A DNA stretch of 64,000 nt from Pseudovirgaria hyperparasitica (Eukaryota), in NCBI GenBank assembly GCA_010093815.1, contig ML996577.1, one strand, 5' to 3'. Positions 61,901-64,000 of the stretch are shown here, in pieces (position 1 is the stretch's first letter; each line of letters starts with the position of its first letter). Both the position numbers and the translations under genes were made by a program. The notes under the pieces were generated by a model. The model saw nothing but the letters and a program-made list of their open reading frames with translations, was not told the origin of the DNA and made no database searches.

Positions 61901-64000
61901 AAAGTCATACCCTTGATACGACTGGCGGTGCCGGTGAAGCATCGGTCGACGACCGAGTCATCGATACCCAGAGCCTCGAAGATCTGCGCTCCTTTATAAC
62001 TCTGGAGTGTAGAGATACCCATCTTACTCATGACCTTCAGGATCCCACCGTCACACGAGTGTTTGTAATTCTCAACGAGCTGCTCTGGTTCGAGCTTCTT
62101 GCGGATGAGGCCTTCTCGGTGCATCTTCAAAATACATTCGATGGCAAGATATGGACAGACAGCATCAGCTCCGTACCCAATAAGGACACACATGTGATGC
62201 ACCTCACGAGCTTCGGCAGTCTCGATAATGAGGGCTGCTTGAGATCGCCACCTGTTGCGCACGAGGTGATGGTGTACCATACCAGTAGCGAGAAGAGCGG
62301 AGACTGCCACACGATCGACAGAGGTGGCACGGTCAGAGAGCACGATAATACTCTTGTGGCTGTTGATGGCGTCAGTCACTCGGTCGCAGATGGTATCCAA
62401 GGCATCCATATATCCTTGTACACCCTGCTCTTTGGGGAATGTGATATCGATAGTCTGGACAGACCAGGCCGACTGGACCTTGGAGATGTTCGTGAGTGCA
62501 TTGAACTCTTCAAGTGAAAGCACAGGAGATGGCAACAGAAGACGCGAGCACTGGCTCTCGTTCATCTCAAGCAGATTGCCCTGAGGGCCGACGTATGCCT
62601 CTAGAGACATGACAATGGCTTCACGAATGGGATCGATAGGAGGGTTGGTGACCTGTGCGAATAGCTGACGGAAGTATTCGTAGAGAAGACGTGGCTGCGC
62701 AGCAAGGCAGGCCAAGGGGGCGTCATTACCCATAGAACCCAGAGCTTCCTTGGAGTCAGCAGCCATTGGACCAAGCAACAAACTGATCTGTTCAAGGGAG
62801 TAACCGAAAGCTCTTAGTCTCGGGTCTTCTTGGAGCTTGGTTTCAGTGATCTTGTGAGCAATAGATGTGCCGGATTTTGTGATGTCTGCAACTACGCCAT
62901 CCATTGAGATCAAGTTCTTTTCAACCCACGCACCAAAATTCTGGCGATTTGCAACAGATTCTTTCAGTTCAGCATCATCGACGATACGGCCAGCAACAGT
63001 ATCTACAAGCAACATCCTTCCAGGCTGAAGTCTGCCCTTCTGTACGATGCGTTCGGGGTCGACGGCGATTGTACCTACTTCAGAGGCACAAATGATGCGA
63101 TCATCATCAGTAACGTAGTAACGGCATGGACGTAGACCATTTCGATCAAGGTTAGCACCGCAGTAACGACCATCTGCAAAGGTGAACAGGGCAGGGCCAT
63201 CCCATGGCTCCATCATACACGAAGCCCACTCGTAGAAAGCTTGCTTAGCAGGGTCAATAGAATCATTACCTTGCCAGGCTTCTGGAACCATGAGCATGAC
63301 TGCTTCGGGTAGGGAAAGGACACCATTAATAACGAGGAGTTCGAGGACATTGTCGAAGGCGGCCGAATCAGAGCCACCGTCTTCAATGATAGGATAGAGG
63401 AGATCGAGCTCATCACCAAAGAGATCAGATTTCATGACACCTTCTCTTGCACGCATCCAATTCTTGTTACCTCGCAGGGTGTTGATCTCACCGTTGTGGG
63501 CCGCCCACCGGAGCGGTTGCGCTCTGTCCCAGCTAGGGAACGTGTTGGTGGAGAATCGGGAATGTACCAAGGCGAAGTGACCTTCATAATCTACGTTTAC
63601 CAAATCATGGTAATACTCGTAGACTTGCACGGGAGCCAGTTGGCCCTTGTAAACGATGTTCTTATTGCTCAAAGAACACAAGTAAAACCAGTTGTGCAGA
63701 CCAATGACATGCGTCGCCCGCTTTCGTAGAACGTACAGTTGCCTCTCAAAGTACGGCTCGTCATACTTTTCTTCAAAGCTCTCCAGTGGCGATTTTCCCT
63801 CGCCATAAGCAGTCTTGAGGACCACAAAAGGCTGCAGAACAATAGGCTCACGCGACAGAGCTGCCGGCCCCAGTAGCGTTGAGTCTCGTGGCACTTCTCG
63901 CCATCCTAGCACACGCAGATCTAGCGAGTCGGCCACATCCTCAAATGTAGCGATTGTGTCTTTCAGTATCTCTGTGTCCGGTTTGAAGAATAGATTGCCG
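57868..64000 (-). CDS. GLT1: NADH-dependent glutamate synthase, 5' end outside window (exons >64000-60812, 60761-58080, 58030-57868)
   Basis: [80 protein letters not shown]; fused alpha and beta subunits. Confidence 0.98.

Noticed and set aside
58137..63851. Many overlapping ORFs within GLT1
   Set aside because: Shadow ORFs caused by the codon bias of a long conserved gene.

Overview
Filamentous ascomycete (Pezizomycotina, probably a dothideomycete) genomic DNA with short GT-AG introns and strong RIP (CpA>TpA) damage in its repeats. 1-19.5 kb is a RIP-degenerated nest: a large element carrying a decayed SNF2-family ATPase gene is interrupted by a full-length Ty3/Gypsy element (324-bp LTRs, GTAG TSD). 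That Gypsy carries an extra ~975-codon ORF with a PhyH-like 2OG-Fe(II) dioxygenase signature. 19.5-40 kb holds a RIP-damaged fructosamine-kinase-like gene and then an apparently intact small cluster: cytochrome P450, PTH11-like 7TM protein, UstYa/DUF3328 (double HxxHC) oxidase, a 51-aa two-exon secreted peptide gene missing from the ORF track, and a cystathionine gamma-synthase-like PLP enzyme. The cluster is split by a hAT-type MITE that itself contains a second Gypsy element with an antisense DUF3716-like ORF. The best candidate for a new system is this single-core (non-repeat) DUF3328 RiPP/peptide locus. 44-64 kb is ordinary core genome: a small membrane protein, Pumilio/PUF3, CDC123, a hypothetical gene and GLT1. 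All calls come from manual translation and motif recognition; no database searches were run.
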